A stretch of DNA of 63,239 nucleotides from Candidatus Bathyarchaeota archaeon (lineage in GTDB: Archaea; Thermoproteota; Bathyarchaeia; 40CM-2-53-6), in the NCBI GenBank assembly GCA_005881695.1, contig VBBT01000113.1, forward strand, positions 1-63,239, read 5' to 3'. This document shows, piece after piece, positions 44,158-54,430 of this stretch. A program made the translations under genes and the position numbers. Within the stretch, counting starts at the first letter, position 1. Each line of letters begins with the position of its first letter. A model generated the notes under the pieces. That model was not told the DNA's origin, did no database searches, and saw only the letters and a program-made list of their open reading frames with translations.

Positions 44158-45984
44158 TTGTGTGGAATATTCGGCTGCGTTCTCCACGACGGTAAAGAAG
44201 CCGCTCCGCTCATCCACGCCGCCCTTAAGCGGTTGGAATACCGAGGGTATGACTCGGTCGGCGAGGTAACGATCTCTAATGGAACTCTTACTGTAAAGAA
44301 GGATAGTGGACGACTTGATGAGGTCCACGCCAGGTACAACCTCGACCTCTTGCCCGGACCCGTGGGCATTGGACATACCCGCTGGGCAACTCATGGCCGA
44401 CCAGTCAAAGAGAACTCTCACCCGCTGGTCGATTGCAAATCCCGGATCGCCGTCGTCCACAACGGGATAATAGAAAATTATCTCGATCTCAAACGCGAGC
44501 TCGAAACCAAAGGGCACCGGTTCGCCTCGAGAACGGACACGGAAGTTGTCCCGCACATGGTCGAGGAATATCTCAGCCAGGGGCTCAGTCTCGAAGAAGC
44601 GTTTCGGAAAACCATCAACCGGCTGGAAGGAGCCTACTCCGTCGTTCTGACCAGCGTTGAGAAGCCGAAGACGATTCTCTGCGCCCGCCAGGAAAGCCCT
44701 CTCGTCCTCGGACTGGGAGATGGAGAATACTACTGCGCCAGCGACATAGCCGCCTTCCTACCCCTGACTCGAAAAGCGTTGATTCTGGAGGAAGGGGAAA
44801 TGGCCGTTCTCGATCCAAACGGGATTAGGATCCTGAAAGCGAAGAACGGGGTTGCCGTAAAGAGAGATACTGTCACGGTAACATGGGACCCGGAGTCCGC
44901 TAAGAAACAGGGTTTCCGACATTTCATGCTCAAGGAGATCCACGAGCAAGTCCATACGATAAGGGACGCGATGAGAACGCACGAGATCTACTATGATCTT
45001 CTCTCCAGCAAGCTGATGCAGGCCGATAAAGTGTTCATCGTCGCTTGCGGAACATCATATCACGCCGGTCTCGTCGGTGGACAGGCCCTAATGAAACTGG
45101 CAGGGATGAACGTCAGGGTCGTGGTAGCATCCGAGTTCTCAGACGAAGCCCTTGACCTCGTTGACTCGAAAACGGCGATCCTTGCAGTAAGCCAGTCCGG
45201 TGAGACTATGGACACTCTTAACGCGGTCAGGGACGCCAAGACGAAAGGAGCTTCGATTGTCAGCGTAACGAACGTCTTGGGTTCCACGCTGATGCGCTTG
45301 TCCGATGTCTATATCGGGCAGAATTCGGGACCCGAGATTGGGGTCGCAGCAACAAAGACCTTCACGTCACAGGTTACCGTTCTCCTCAGACTCGCGATCG
45401 CGATCGGTAGGAAGAAGGGTGAAGTCTCATCGAAAGAGATTAGCGAACTGGAAGAAGCTCTACACCGAACCCCGGCCCTGATTCAGAATCTGTTGAATAC
45501 TCGGGTGGAGGAAGTGAAGAAGATTGCAGAGAGCTGCAGCGGCGCGTCGAGCATCTGTTTCCTCGGGAGAGGAATCAGCGTGCCAACCTCCTTGGAAGGA
45601 CGATTGAAACTCCTGGAGCTGAGTTACATCCCCGCGATCGCGTATCCTGCGGGCGAGAGCAAACACGGCTTCATCGCCCTGATCGAAGAAGGATTCCCGA
45701 CGGTATTCGTAGCACCGAAGGACGATACTCACAAGAAAATAATCGGTAACATCATGGAGATGAAGGCCCGCGGAGCAAGAATAATCTCGATCATTGAAGA
45801 GGGAGACGAAGAGATCAGAAACCTATCCGACGACGTGATAGAAATACCCGAATCCCTCCCATCCCTCGCCACCCCAATCGTCTACGTTGTTCCGCTACAG
45901 CTCCTAGCGTACTACATGTCGGTAATTCTAGGCCATGACCCTGACTATCCGAGAAATCTGGCCAAGAGCGTCACGGTAGAATAG
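44158..45984 (+). CDS. glmS: Glutamine--fructose-6-phosphate aminotransferase
   Basis: N-terminal MCGIFG (TTG start followed by Cys), two SIS domains and a C-terminal ...KSVTVE. Confidence 0.95.
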   Translation: MCGIFGCVLHDGKEAAPLIHAALKRLEYRGYDSVGEVTISNGTLTVKKDSGRLDEVHARYNLDLLPGPVGIGHTRWATHGRPVKENSHPLVDCKSRIAVVHNGIIENYLDLKRELETKGHRFASRTDTEVVPHMVEEYLSQGLSLEEAFRKTINRLEGAYSVVLTSVEKPKTILCARQESPLVLGLGDGEYYCASDIAAFLPLTRKALILEEGEMAVLDPNGIRILKAKNGVAVKRDTVTVTWDPESAKKQGFRHFMLKEIHEQVHTIRDAMRTHEIYYDLLSSKLMQADKVFIVACGTSYHAGLVGGQALMKLAGMNVRVVVASEFSDEALDLVDSKTAILAVSQSGETMDTLNAVRDAKTKGASIVSVTNVLGSTLMRLSDVYIGQNSGPEIGVAATKTFTSQVTVLLRLAIAIGRKKGEVSSKEISELEEALHRTPALIQNLLNTRVEEVKKIAESCSGASSICFLGRGISVPTSLEGRLKLLELSYIPAIAYPAGESKHGFIALIEEGFPTVFVAPKDDTHKKIIGNIMEMKARGARIISIIEEGDEEIRNLSDDVIEIPESLPSLATPIVYVVPLQLLAYYMSVILGHDPDYPRNLAKSVTVE

Positions 45985-46001
45985 TCACCGTCGGGATCGC
46001 C

Positions 46002-46397
46002 TTGTTGGATGTTGCTGAAGAACAGCGAATGCTGGAAGAGAAAGTGGGCAAGGCCTTGGGAGAGGCGAGGACCAAACTCGACGCAGCTCTAGATCATCTC
46101 TCCAAAGGTGGAACAGACTCTGAGAAGAAAGTCTGGTGGGCCGAGGAAGCAACCGAATACAGCAGTCTGCTCTACTCGCTCACCTATGGTCTCGAAGACG
46201 AGGACCCGCCAGTCCCGGTGAGGAAGAGGAACGCCGAGCCCATTCCACTGGTCAAGGAATCATCGGAATCGCTACGGCGCGCGACAGAGCTTCGCGGCAA
46301 ATCACCCTTGGAAGGGTACCGATATCTCAGGACTGCAGTCTACAAGCTTAGAGAAGCCCATCACATTCTCGAAAAAGCACGTACGAAAAAGCGCTAG
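46002..46397 (+). CDS. Hypothetical helical protein (131 aa)
   Basis: ORF only. Confidence 0.45.
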   Translation: MLDVAEEQRMLEEKVGKALGEARTKLDAALDHLSKGGTDSEKKVWWAEEATEYSSLLYSLTYGLEDEDPPVPVRKRNAEPIPLVKESSESLRRATELRGKSPLEGYRYLRTAVYKLREAHHILEKARTKKR

Positions 46398-46447
46398 CCT
46401 TTAACTAGAGGCTGGGCTGGCGCAAGCCCTCTCGCAGGCGCTTCCAT

Positions 46448-47386
46448 ATGTTCCGGTCCGTAGTATGCCTCGCAGGCGGGGTAGGTGCAGCACGTTTCCT
46501 TGACGGCCTTGCACAAGTCTACCCGCCGGAAAAGGTAACAGCGATCGTCAACACTGGAGACGACCTTGACTATCTCGGTGTCCACATCAGCCCCGACATT
46601 GACATTGTCACCTACACACTCGCTGGAATCGTTGACAAGGAAAAAGGCTACGGGATTGCGGGGGACACTTACAACTGCATGGCACAGCTTGAGCGTTATT
46701 CTGCGGAAACATGGTTTCGGATCGGAGACAGGGATTTCGCAACCCACCTCCTCAGAACAGCCTTCCTGCAACAGGGATTCAGCCAATCGGAATTGACCGA
46801 GAAAATTCGAATATTCCTGGGCGTGAAGGTCAGAATCCTGCCTATGACTGACCAGATGGTGGCTACCAAGATCAAGACCTCTGCAGGGCTATTGGATTTC
46901 CAGGAGTATTTTGTCAAGAGAAAATTCGAGGACGATGTGGAAGATGTAAGCTACGAGGGAGCGAGCATAGCGACGCCTTCACCAGGCGTTGTGGAATCAA
47001 TAGAAAAATCAGAAGTCATCATCCTCTGCCCCAGCAACCCCATCCTTAGCATCGGACCAATCCTCGCCATTCCCGGAATTCGCAACGCTCTAGCGAAGAC
47101 CAAAGGCCGGATTCTCGGTATCAGCCCCATCGTCGGAGGAAGATCGATAAAGGGTCCCTTAGATCGTATCATGCGCCACCTGGGGTTGGAGGTCTCCCCC
47201 CTCGGAGTTGCCCAACTCTACAAGGGACTCCTGAGAGGCTTCGTTATCGACGATGTCGACAAGTCCGTTGCCTCCAAGATTAACAGCCTTGGAATGAAGG
47301 TCATGTTAACCCAGACAATAATGGACTCATCGGCAGCTAGAGCCAGGTTGGCAGAAGATACCTTGAAGCTGGCGGAGACCCTTTGA
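46448..47386 (+). CDS. cofD: 2-phospho-L-lactate transferase (F420 biosynthesis)
   Basis: LAGGVGAARFL and NTGDD motifs. Followed by cofC with a TTGA overlap. Confidence 0.85.
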   Translation: MFRSVVCLAGGVGAARFLDGLAQVYPPEKVTAIVNTGDDLDYLGVHISPDIDIVTYTLAGIVDKEKGYGIAGDTYNCMAQLERYSAETWFRIGDRDFATHLLRTAFLQQGFSQSELTEKIRIFLGVKVRILPMTDQMVATKIKTSAGLLDFQEYFVKRKFEDDVEDVSYEGASIATPSPGVVESIEKSEVIILCPSNPILSIGPILAIPGIRNALAKTKGRILGISPIVGGRSIKGPLDRIMRHLGLEVSPLGVAQLYKGLLRGFVIDDVDKSVASKINSLGMKVMLTQTIMDSSAARARLAEDTLKLAETL

Positions 47387-48051
47387 CAAAAGACTTCGCA
47401 ATCATCCCAGTCAAAGGACTGGTCGAAAGCAAGAGCAGGCTCGTCCGCTCCCTAAGTCCAGAAGACAAGAAAAAACTCATCATCGCTTTATTGGAAGACG
47501 TGATGATCGCAGTCAAAGAATCTCAACTTTTCAGCCGAGTCCTAGTTGTTTCCCCTGACCCCAATGTCGAGAAAGAGGCGAACTTACCTTATGGGACATT
47601 TCTCCACCAAGAAGGACAGGGGCTCAACGCCGGCATCCGACAGTCAACGCTCTTTGCTATGCGCGAGAAGGCATCGTCCGTGGCTGTCCTGTTGGCCGAC
47701 ATCCCTATGATAGAACCGCGGGATTTGAAAGAGCTATACTCAGTAGGAGGCACCGCCCAGAAGGTTGTCTTGACCCCTTCCCTGAAGGGAGGGACCAATG
47801 TAATGGTGCGAGAGCCTCCTAACATTATCGCACCTACTTATGGAAGATGGAGCTTTAGCACCCATCTTAGAGCAGCACAGAAGGCAGGCTTTGCTGTCTA
47901 TTCTGTCTCAAATCCACGTTTGTCGTTCGACGTTGACACTCTTGAAGATCTGATCGCCGTCGCAAGAAAGGATCCTCATGGAAAAACTCGCACTGCAAAA
48001 TGTCTCCAAGAAATGACACTGCTTCACGTCCTTGCCCGAAGCTCAAAGTAA
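47383..48051 (+). CDS. cofC: 2-phospho-L-lactate guanylyltransferase
   Basis: AIIPVKGLVESKSRL N-terminus and the ADIP motif. Confidence 0.8.
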   Translation: MTKDFAIIPVKGLVESKSRLVRSLSPEDKKKLIIALLEDVMIAVKESQLFSRVLVVSPDPNVEKEANLPYGTFLHQEGQGLNAGIRQSTLFAMREKASSVAVLLADIPMIEPRDLKELYSVGGTAQKVVLTPSLKGGTNVMVREPPNIIAPTYGRWSFSTHLRAAQKAGFAVYSVSNPRLSFDVDTLEDLIAVARKDPHGKTRTAKCLQEMTLLHVLARSSK

Positions 48052-48119
48052 GCCCGACCAGGCTTGCAACTCATTCTTGAGTAGAAACTCTTTTATGAGT
48101 AGAACTTCGCGGGCGGCTC

Positions 48120-48773
48120 ATGACCGTCCAGAGGAGCAGTGTTTCGAGAACTACCTCGCTTACAGGAGCAGCCGTGTTTGGTGCGCTGGCAGCGGTAATC
48201 GCCTTCCTTATTCAGATACCCTATCCCGTTCCAGGTTTTACGTTTCTTCAGCTCGACCTTGCGGAGATAGTAGACGTTCTTGCTTTTCTCTTATTTGGGC
48301 CTGCAGTTGGACTGCTCACGACCCTAATCCATTACTTAGTCCTCAATTTCTTGCCAACAGCGTCCCCAATATTCGGACCCCTGCTCAAGCTGTTCGGTGT
48401 AACGAGCATGCTTCTAGGAATGTGGCTCGGATACGGAGCTTACTCTCGTATTCTCAAACGGACGGGAGGTGTGATAACCGGCTACGGCATTATGTTGGGA
48501 ACAGGTGCCGTCCTTCGGGCAATCTTATTGACTCCAATCAACTACGTCTTTCTAATTTTCGTATTTGCACCCAACACGGCTTTCTCAACTTCATTTCTAA
48601 GTTTCTATTTCGCTGGACTCGCAATATACAACGTTCTTCAGACCGTGCTGGCCACAGTCGTACCGTTCGTTGTGGTAAAGGCTCTTCGAAAGGCTGCGCC
48701 GAATTTGGAAGTCAGAACTTGGGTCGCTAAGATGAAGCCCTCAAGGCCTGCACAGACTCAGAAAACCCCGTAG
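48120..48773 (+). CDS. Multi-pass membrane protein (ECF S-component-like)
   Basis: 217 aa with about six TM helices. The family call is weak. Confidence 0.55.
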   Translation: MTVQRSSVSRTTSLTGAAVFGALAAVIAFLIQIPYPVPGFTFLQLDLAEIVDVLAFLLFGPAVGLLTTLIHYLVLNFLPTASPIFGPLLKLFGVTSMLLGMWLGYGAYSRILKRTGGVITGYGIMLGTGAVLRAILLTPINYVFLIFVFAPNTAFSTSFLSFYFAGLAIYNVLQTVLATVVPFVVVKALRKAAPNLEVRTWVAKMKPSRPAQTQKTP

Positions 48774-48780
48774 ACTCGAT

Positions 48781-49854
48781 CTATCTTCTTGCCTCGACGC
48801 GGCTGAATTTCTTTCGCTCTAACACTGGTTGAACTCCTATGGCCGCGTTGTTTCGCCTTCGGTCAATGATGTCTTCCTCTCCAGGTCCAGTTCCAATCAA
48901 AGTAACTGGGATTCCGGTCTCTTGCTCGATCTTCGAAACGAACTCTCTCGCTTCTCTGTCGAGATCGTCCATCCGCCTGGCTCCTTTGGCGCTAGGGAAC
49001 AGCACGTCGAGTTTGGTCAAAGCTATTTGAGTTGCCCCGTTGAGTTGGACCGCTCTCTTTGCAAGCTTGAAATCGAAAGGTGCGGCCCTCCTCTCTCGCC
49101 CTGTAACGGTTCCAAACTCTGTCCATCCACGGCTCGCAACCTCATCACGCTCTAGTTGACCCTCTAGGGGTCCTTCTCCTACTCGTGTCACGTATGCCTT
49201 GAAGATGACTATGACATCGTCAACTTGAGTCGGGCCGACACCTACATCGGCGCAGGCTGCAGAGGCGGTGGTATCTTTGGAGGTGACGTAGGGGTAGGTT
49301 CCGTGATAGAGGCTGAGAAAGGTGCCCTGGGTTCCTTCAACGATGACCTTCTTTTTCTCTGATAGCGCTCGCTGAATTTCCTCGACAGTATCGCCCACGT
49401 ACGGTTTGAGGCTTGGAATCTGTTGAGCCAATTTCGCCAATCTCAAGGCTCGTTCTGCATTACACGCCCCAACTCCACTCTTAGTAGAGCCAACTTTCTT
49501 TGATAGATGGTCTGATCGTGATTCCTGCTCTTTGTGGCGCGGCTCAACGATGGCGCACTGATTGTCAACCTCGATTCTTCGTTCGGAGTCGGTTTTTCGG
49601 AGCTCTTCGAGTAAGACGGTCGGGTCGACGGGGACCCCGGGTCCGATGAGAAGGCGGGTCGAGGGGTTGACGAAGCCGCTCGGGATGAGTCTTAGCGAGT
49701 ACTGGACTCCACCGTGGATCACCGTATGTCCAGCGTTCGGTCCGTTCCCGCCCCTAACGCATATGTCGGGTTTGTCCTTCATTGCTAGATAAGCGGCTAT
49801 CTTTCCCTTTCCTTCGTCTCCGAAGAAACCGCCGACAATAACCGTACAGGGCAT
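48781..49854 (-). CDS. purA: Adenylosuccinate synthetase (short archaeal form)
   Basis: GGFFGDEGKGK P-loop and GPNAGHT. Confidence 0.9.
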   Translation of the reverse strand: MPCTVIVGGFFGDEGKGKIAAYLAMKDKPDICVRGGNGPNAGHTVIHGGVQYSLRLIPSGFVNPSTRLLIGPGVPVDPTVLLEELRKTDSERRIEVDNQCAIVEPRHKEQESRSDHLSKKVGSTKSGVGACNAERALRLAKLAQQIPSLKPYVGDTVEEIQRALSEKKKVIVEGTQGTFLSLYHGTYPYVTSKDTTASAACADVGVGPTQVDDVIVIFKAYVTRVGEGPLEGQLERDEVASRGWTEFGTVTGRERRAAPFDFKLAKRAVQLNGATQIALTKLDVLFPSAKGARRMDDLDREAREFVSKIEQETGIPVTLIGTGPGEEDIIDRRRNNAAIGVQPVLERKKFSRVEARR

Positions 49855-50046
49855 CAGGTATCCGAGCAGCGTAGAACTACGGTAGAATAAGACTTTTGAA
49901 ATGATTCTCTGAAAACCAATTCTGATCTAGCTTAGGTCTCCGGCTCCTGTCTAATCCGGGCCACAAGATGAGGAATGAGCTCTCGATTCAATAATCGCAG
50001 AGTCGTCACGGGCAGGTATCGGAACTGGTATTGAAAAACAGAGGAA

Positions 50047-50066
50047 AGTGTGGCCGCAAAGCCACA
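50047..50066 (-). terminator. Hairpin + T-rich tract after the DUF4331 gene
   Basis: On the minus strand GTGTGGC-tttgcg-GCCACAC is followed by TTTCCTCTGTTTTTC. It lies 11 nt past the stop at 50078. Confidence 0.55.
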
Positions 50067-50077
50067 CATTGTCAAGA

Positions 50078-51508
50078 CTAAGGGTCGTGAGAGTGTTCGT
50101 AGCCAGGGACTGGGTGCGGTAGGTAGGGAAATACTGACAGGAATGATGTGGCGTTGGGTGGCTGGACAGGGTTCCCTAGAGGGATGCCTTGGGTTACTAG
50201 ACTGACGGCGCCGTCTGTCGTGAAGCTCTTGTCTACAAGTGGCAGAGTTGCTCCGGCGATCGCCTTAATTTCGATGTCCACGACGTCGTCTAGTACTCTT
50301 CGTCCGTTGGGGAATCCTGCTGGGTCCCCACCTACGAGTCCTAGGCGGCTGGGGTTGGTGGTGTTCGGAGGGATTGCAAGGTTGAGGCGGAGATAGTCAG
50401 CTTGGAGTGGCCCTGTGAAGTTTTGGAACCCTGGAATGATGCCGGTGGGTATTCCTGTCAGCAGTATTGCGATCAGGTCTGCGCGCGATTCGGTTACCGC
50501 TGCCAGGTTCGGGAAGACTCCCGGGTAGAGGACTGGGAGCAACTTCTGAAGTTCGGGTGTCTGGTAGTATTGGAGGAACTGGGAGTCGAACCTAGGAAGC
50601 GCTGTGTTCCAGAAATCTTTCTTTCCTAACGGGATTACTACCTCGTTGATTAGAGGCATTCCCAAGCGGGACACTTGTGTGAAAGGTCCAGTCACGACTG
50701 CGTCAGATTCGTTGTCGCCTGATTGGTCGCCGTCTCCGTCGGTTGGAAGAATTGTTGCCGCTCGTCTGCTTGCTGATGCCCATATTCCGATCGTTGAGTT
50801 CTTGCCTAACGGATCAGTCGGGTTTGATCCATTCGATGTCAGTTTGTTCTTGGCTACTTGTATCGCGATACTGTGAACGCTGAATCCTTTTGTCGCATCG
50901 ATGCCTGGGGCCGCAGGCGTGGGTATGAGGTGGAAATTCTGGACGGGTCTGAGAGTTCCGAGGTCGAATATCGATCCAAGATCTACGAAGAACGCTTCGT
51001 CTCTCTGGCCGGCGAATACGGTAGAGCCATCGCTCAAGGTATTGATGGCTGAGTTTGCTAGGTCCGCATAGTTCGGTGTTGACCGCGGTCCAATATTGAC
51101 AGGTGGGGTTGGGAGGTTACTGCCGAGAATTGTGGATACGCCTGTCCTGCGGGGTCCAACTACTCTTGTGACTGAGTAGGATTGTTTTACGTTCCAGGAG
51201 GAGTCGGTGAGGGAGCTTATGGGTCCCGTGTTGTAGAGGAAGGTGTCGGGATTCCCGATCTTGGTCTTGAATCTGAACTGGTAGGTGATGTCCTCTATTC
51301 CGTCGCCGTTGTTGTCTATTACTATCTCGTAGAGCACGTCGTCCCCGAAGGTGTTGAAGTTAGGGCCGCCGGCAGGCTCCTCCAAGGGAATGTAGTTGGC
51401 TAGTATGGTTGCCGTGTCAGGCTTGTCGGGACTGACGAATGCGTACAGGTCAGTGTTGTCAGCGACCGGATCCTTCGAAATCTTGGGGGCTTCTCTGTGG
51501 GATGTCAT
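50078..51508 (-). CDS. DUF4331-family protein (no signal peptide of its own)
   Basis: The N-terminus MTSHREAPKISKDPVADNTDLYAFVSPDKPDT...IPLEEPAGGPNF matches the DUF4331 signature, which normally follows a signal peptide. Confidence 0.75.
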   Translation of the reverse strand: MTSHREAPKISKDPVADNTDLYAFVSPDKPDTATILANYIPLEEPAGGPNFNTFGDDVLYEIVIDNNGDGIEDITYQFRFKTKIGNPDTFLYNTGPISSLTDSSWNVKQSYSVTRVVGPRRTGVSTILGSNLPTPPVNIGPRSTPNYADLANSAINTLSDGSTVFAGQRDEAFFVDLGSIFDLGTLRPVQNFHLIPTPAAPGIDATKGFSVHSIAIQVAKNKLTSNGSNPTDPLGKNSTIGIWASASRRAATILPTDGDGDQSGDNESDAVVTGPFTQVSRLGMPLINEVVIPLGKKDFWNTALPRFDSQFLQYYQTPELQKLLPVLYPGVFPNLAAVTESRADLIAILLTGIPTGIIPGFQNFTGPLQADYLRLNLAIPPNTTNPSRLGLVGGDPAGFPNGRRVLDDVVDIEIKAIAGATLPLVDKSFTTDGAVSLVTQGIPLGNPVQPPNATSFLSVFPYLPHPVPGYEHSHDP

Positions 51509-51511
51509 TGT

Positions 51512-51823
51512 CTAGTTCCCTCTCCGTAGCTTGTCTGCAATCTGAGCGGCCAATCCTGCATCGTTCACCTTCACAGAAACCGCTCCATTCATGACCGTTA
51601 GCTGATCACCGCTTACAGAGGCGACAATCGGCTCCGCGCTGTCGTTAGCTGCAGGTGCTTTAGGCTGCTCTGCTGGGATAGGAATCCTGCCCATGAGAGC
51701 GGTAGCGCCTGCCGCAACGGCGGCGGCACCTACACCATATTTCAAGAAGTCTCTTCGTGAAATCTTGCTACTAGGTTCCTGTTCGGACTCAAATTTCTCG
51801 TCAGTCTTCTTATTCTCTTTCAA
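51512..51823 (-). CDS. Small Tat-signal protein
   Basis: Twin-arginine motif SRRDFLKYG followed by the hydrophobic stretch VGAAAVAAGATAL. 103 aa. Confidence 0.65.
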   Translation of the reverse strand: MKENKKTDEKFESEQEPSSKISRRDFLKYGVGAAAVAAGATALMGRIPIPAEQPKAPAANDSAEPIVASVSGDQLTVMNGAVSVKVNDAGLAAQIADKLRRGN

Positions 51824-52067
51824 GAGGAGTTCTGGCTGACATGGCTCGGATCGCTTCTTAACGGTTTTTCCAAATCTCCCCGGAATCTAACCCATATTCT
51901 ACCTAGAGATAGCTGCAGAGGGCTGCTTACGGAGAACCGGTGGCGAAGCCGTCTCTCGGAGGACAAACGGTTGCAGAGGTTCAATATATCGCTGGACCTT
52001 TGCAGCAGGTTTCTCAACGGTTCGGTGATGCTGAGCGGAATGGTCGCGAGAGGTCCGGGGTCCCATA

Positions 52068-52370
52068 CTATTTCCAGGTCACTCTTAGCAGATTTGCCAG
52101 CGCGAGGGCTTCCCCGACATTCACAAGGAGCATGTAGGTTGAGGCTTGATCCACAAGGGTGCCGGCTGAACTCACATTTTCGAAGAGAAAGAGCCAGAAT
52201 ACGAGAATTGCTAGGTTTAGTACTACGAAAAAGCTTCCGAAGAGAACTAGACCCATGGTGAATGAAGATTTGACCTTTCTATATGTCCCGAGGTAAATTG
52301 CCAGTAGCGCTAGGGTCATGGCGATGTTCGCGAAGGCCACTATTGCGCTAGCCCAAAGTGCAAAACCCAA
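52068..52370 (-). CDS. Small 3-TM membrane protein
   Basis: 100 aa and hydrophobic. Immediately downstream of the ArsR-like gene. Confidence 0.5.
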   Translation of the reverse strand: MGFALWASAIVAFANIAMTLALLAIYLGTYRKVKSSFTMGLVLFGSFFVVLNLAILVFWLFLFENVSSAGTLVDQASTYMLLVNVGEALALANLLRVTWK

Positions 52371-52381
52371 GCTCGGTCACT

Positions 52382-52807
52382 CTACTCCGTCTTTGTTTCG
52401 TTTATCTTTCTTCTTCCAATTTTGCTCCAAATCTCTTCGAGGATTGGAAGCGCTTCTTCCATCTTGGGAGTAAGAAAGAGAACAGCACCGTATGTTCCCT
52501 TGTCCGATGGAACGATAAGGCCATTCTCCTCTAGAACCCTGACGTGGTGTTGGATGGTTTTGTAATCCACATGTAGAATCTGCGCAAGCTGGTTGGCGTT
52601 GCAAGGGCGATTCTGAATAGCCTTGATGATCTCGGCCCTGCTAGGTCCTCCTCGGGTTCCCGCGAACAGATACCATAAGAGTCGTTTGAGATACTTCTCG
52701 CCGTAGAGAGATGCCTTGGGGTCTTCTCTTGTCGTGGTGAGGAGAAATGGGATCCTGTGGGAGAGTTGACCAAGTTGCGGAAGCAGTTGCGACTTTGGCG
52801 TTATCAA
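52382..52807 (-). CDS. ArsR-family wHTH transcriptional regulator
   Basis: The block CNANQLAQILHVDYKTIQHHVRVLEENGLI is a classic ArsR HTH. Confidence 0.75.
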   Translation of the reverse strand: MITPKSQLLPQLGQLSHRIPFLLTTTREDPKASLYGEKYLKRLLWYLFAGTRGGPSRAEIIKAIQNRPCNANQLAQILHVDYKTIQHHVRVLEENGLIVPSDKGTYGAVLFLTPKMEEALPILEEIWSKIGRRKINETKTE

Positions 52808-53139
52808 ATTGATTCTTCTACAAAATTGATGGGCCGGTTCGTTTGAATTCGCTCTTTCGTCCAGTTATAATATTTCTTCGAATCTGTTAATGACATCGGC
52901 ACTTATCACGACAATCCTTCGCTCAGTTATCGGAAGGTCAAACGGAATGAAACTTCGGAAGGATGTGGCTCGGGCGGACAAGGTCCCTATTATCAGCCCG
53001 CCCGATGTCGTTCGTCATTGCGTCGGCTGAGAACGCTCCGACCGCATGTATTTGCGGAAATTCATCATCTAATTCCAACTCTAGATCTGGCTCTTTTAAC
53101 TCATCTGGAGCGTTCCGATGAGAAGATGGAGGGGCAGGG

Positions 53140-54030
53140 TCAAAGTCTCGCCTTTCCGCAGCGTTTACAAAACACGCCACCCGAATCCATGTCTCCTCCG
53201 CAGAAGTTGCAGGTAGTTTCCACATGCATGCTCCCTATTTCGTCGTCCACACGTTCCTTTTCGTATCTCTTTGCATACCAGATTGCGCCTTCCAGAAGTA
53301 TGATTATCGGAACAAATAGCGCAACGTCTGCTAAAGGCCCACCGTCAGGTGATGCTATCGCTGTCAAAACCAAGATTGAGGCCCAGACATACTTCCGATT
53401 CTTGGTAAGCATCTTCGTCCCAAGAATGCGCAATTTGACCAGAAGAACGAAGAAAACAGGGATTGTGAAGGCAAAGCCTGACAGAACGATGACGAAGAAA
53501 ACGAGGTTGTAGAATTGGTCTGCGTAAATGAAGGTGGATATTCCGACGGCTTGGAAGAAGGGTAGAGAGAACAAGAATATGAAGGGAAGAAGTACGAAAA
53601 ACGCGAACGCCGCCCCCACCAAGAACAAGATGGAAAACGCCGTGACGAAAGGGTACACTGACTGTTTCTCGCTAGCCTTGATAGCGGGGTCTACAAACTT
53701 GTATATCTCATACGCGAGCACGGGGACACTTGTGGCGAATCCGAAAACCGCGGATCCTACGACGATTAGCTCCAGAGGCGTGGTGACTGTTCCTCCGATC
53801 AGTATGTATTGTGGAGGTAACAGTCTCGTCCTTATCCCTGCGAGAATGGCTGTGATTATTGGATGGTAGACTTGGAAGGGGTTCTGTAAGAACGATAGGT
53901 CAGATGGGACTGCGAGGTAGAACAGGGTTGCAATAACAAGGGAGTAGATCCAAATCTTCACTCGTTTTGAAAGCTCTGAAATGTGGTCCCAAAGAGGGAG
54001 AACTTTTTCTCTCGATCGTTCCTCCGACAA
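53140..54030 (-). CDS. tatC: Twin-arginine translocase subunit TatC with C-terminal zinc-ribbon tail
   Basis: Six-TM TatC pattern (LWDHISELSKRV...). The tail is CNFCGGDMDSGGVFCKRCG. Confidence 0.85.
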   Translation of the reverse strand: MSEERSREKVLPLWDHISELSKRVKIWIYSLVIATLFYLAVPSDLSFLQNPFQVYHPIITAILAGIRTRLLPPQYILIGGTVTTPLELIVVGSAVFGFATSVPVLAYEIYKFVDPAIKASEKQSVYPFVTAFSILFLVGAAFAFFVLLPFIFLFSLPFFQAVGISTFIYADQFYNLVFFVIVLSGFAFTIPVFFVLLVKLRILGTKMLTKNRKYVWASILVLTAIASPDGGPLADVALFVPIIILLEGAIWYAKRYEKERVDDEIGSMHVETTCNFCGGDMDSGGVFCKRCGKARL

Positions 54031-54148
54031 GGGCTTCCACTATCCCTCGCTTATCCAACAGATGCTCAATAAAATCATATGATTGTCTCAACTGGCCTCA
54101 TAACAAGTAGGCACCGGGACTTAGCCGCGAAGGTGGGAACTTGTCCGG

Positions 54149-54430
54149 CTACTTTGTCTGAGCTGCCTTAACGATTTCGTCAGATATCTCTTGACGCGTC
54201 TTGCCCTCGGTATTGATTCCCAGTTTGTGTGCGGTATCAGTCAGCGGGTCAGATGCAGCTGGTAGAGAGGGTGAGATAGGGTTCGTCAGTCCTTTCGAGG
54301 CGTCGTCGAATTCTTTGCGTGCCCTTCCTATGGACCTCGCTAGCTCTGGTATTTTTTGTGGGCCCCAGATCAGTATGACGGCCAGCACTCCCAGTATCAG
54401 TAGGATCTGGAACGGGTCTCCTAAAGCCAT
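54149..54430 (-). CDS. tatA: Twin-arginine translocase subunit TatA/E
   Basis: The ILLILGVLAVILIWGPQKIPELARSIGRARKEF pattern. Confidence 0.85.
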   Translation of the reverse strand: MALGDPFQILLILGVLAVILIWGPQKIPELARSIGRARKEFDDASKGLTNPISPSLPAASDPLTDTAHKLGINTEGKTRQEISDEIVKAAQTK

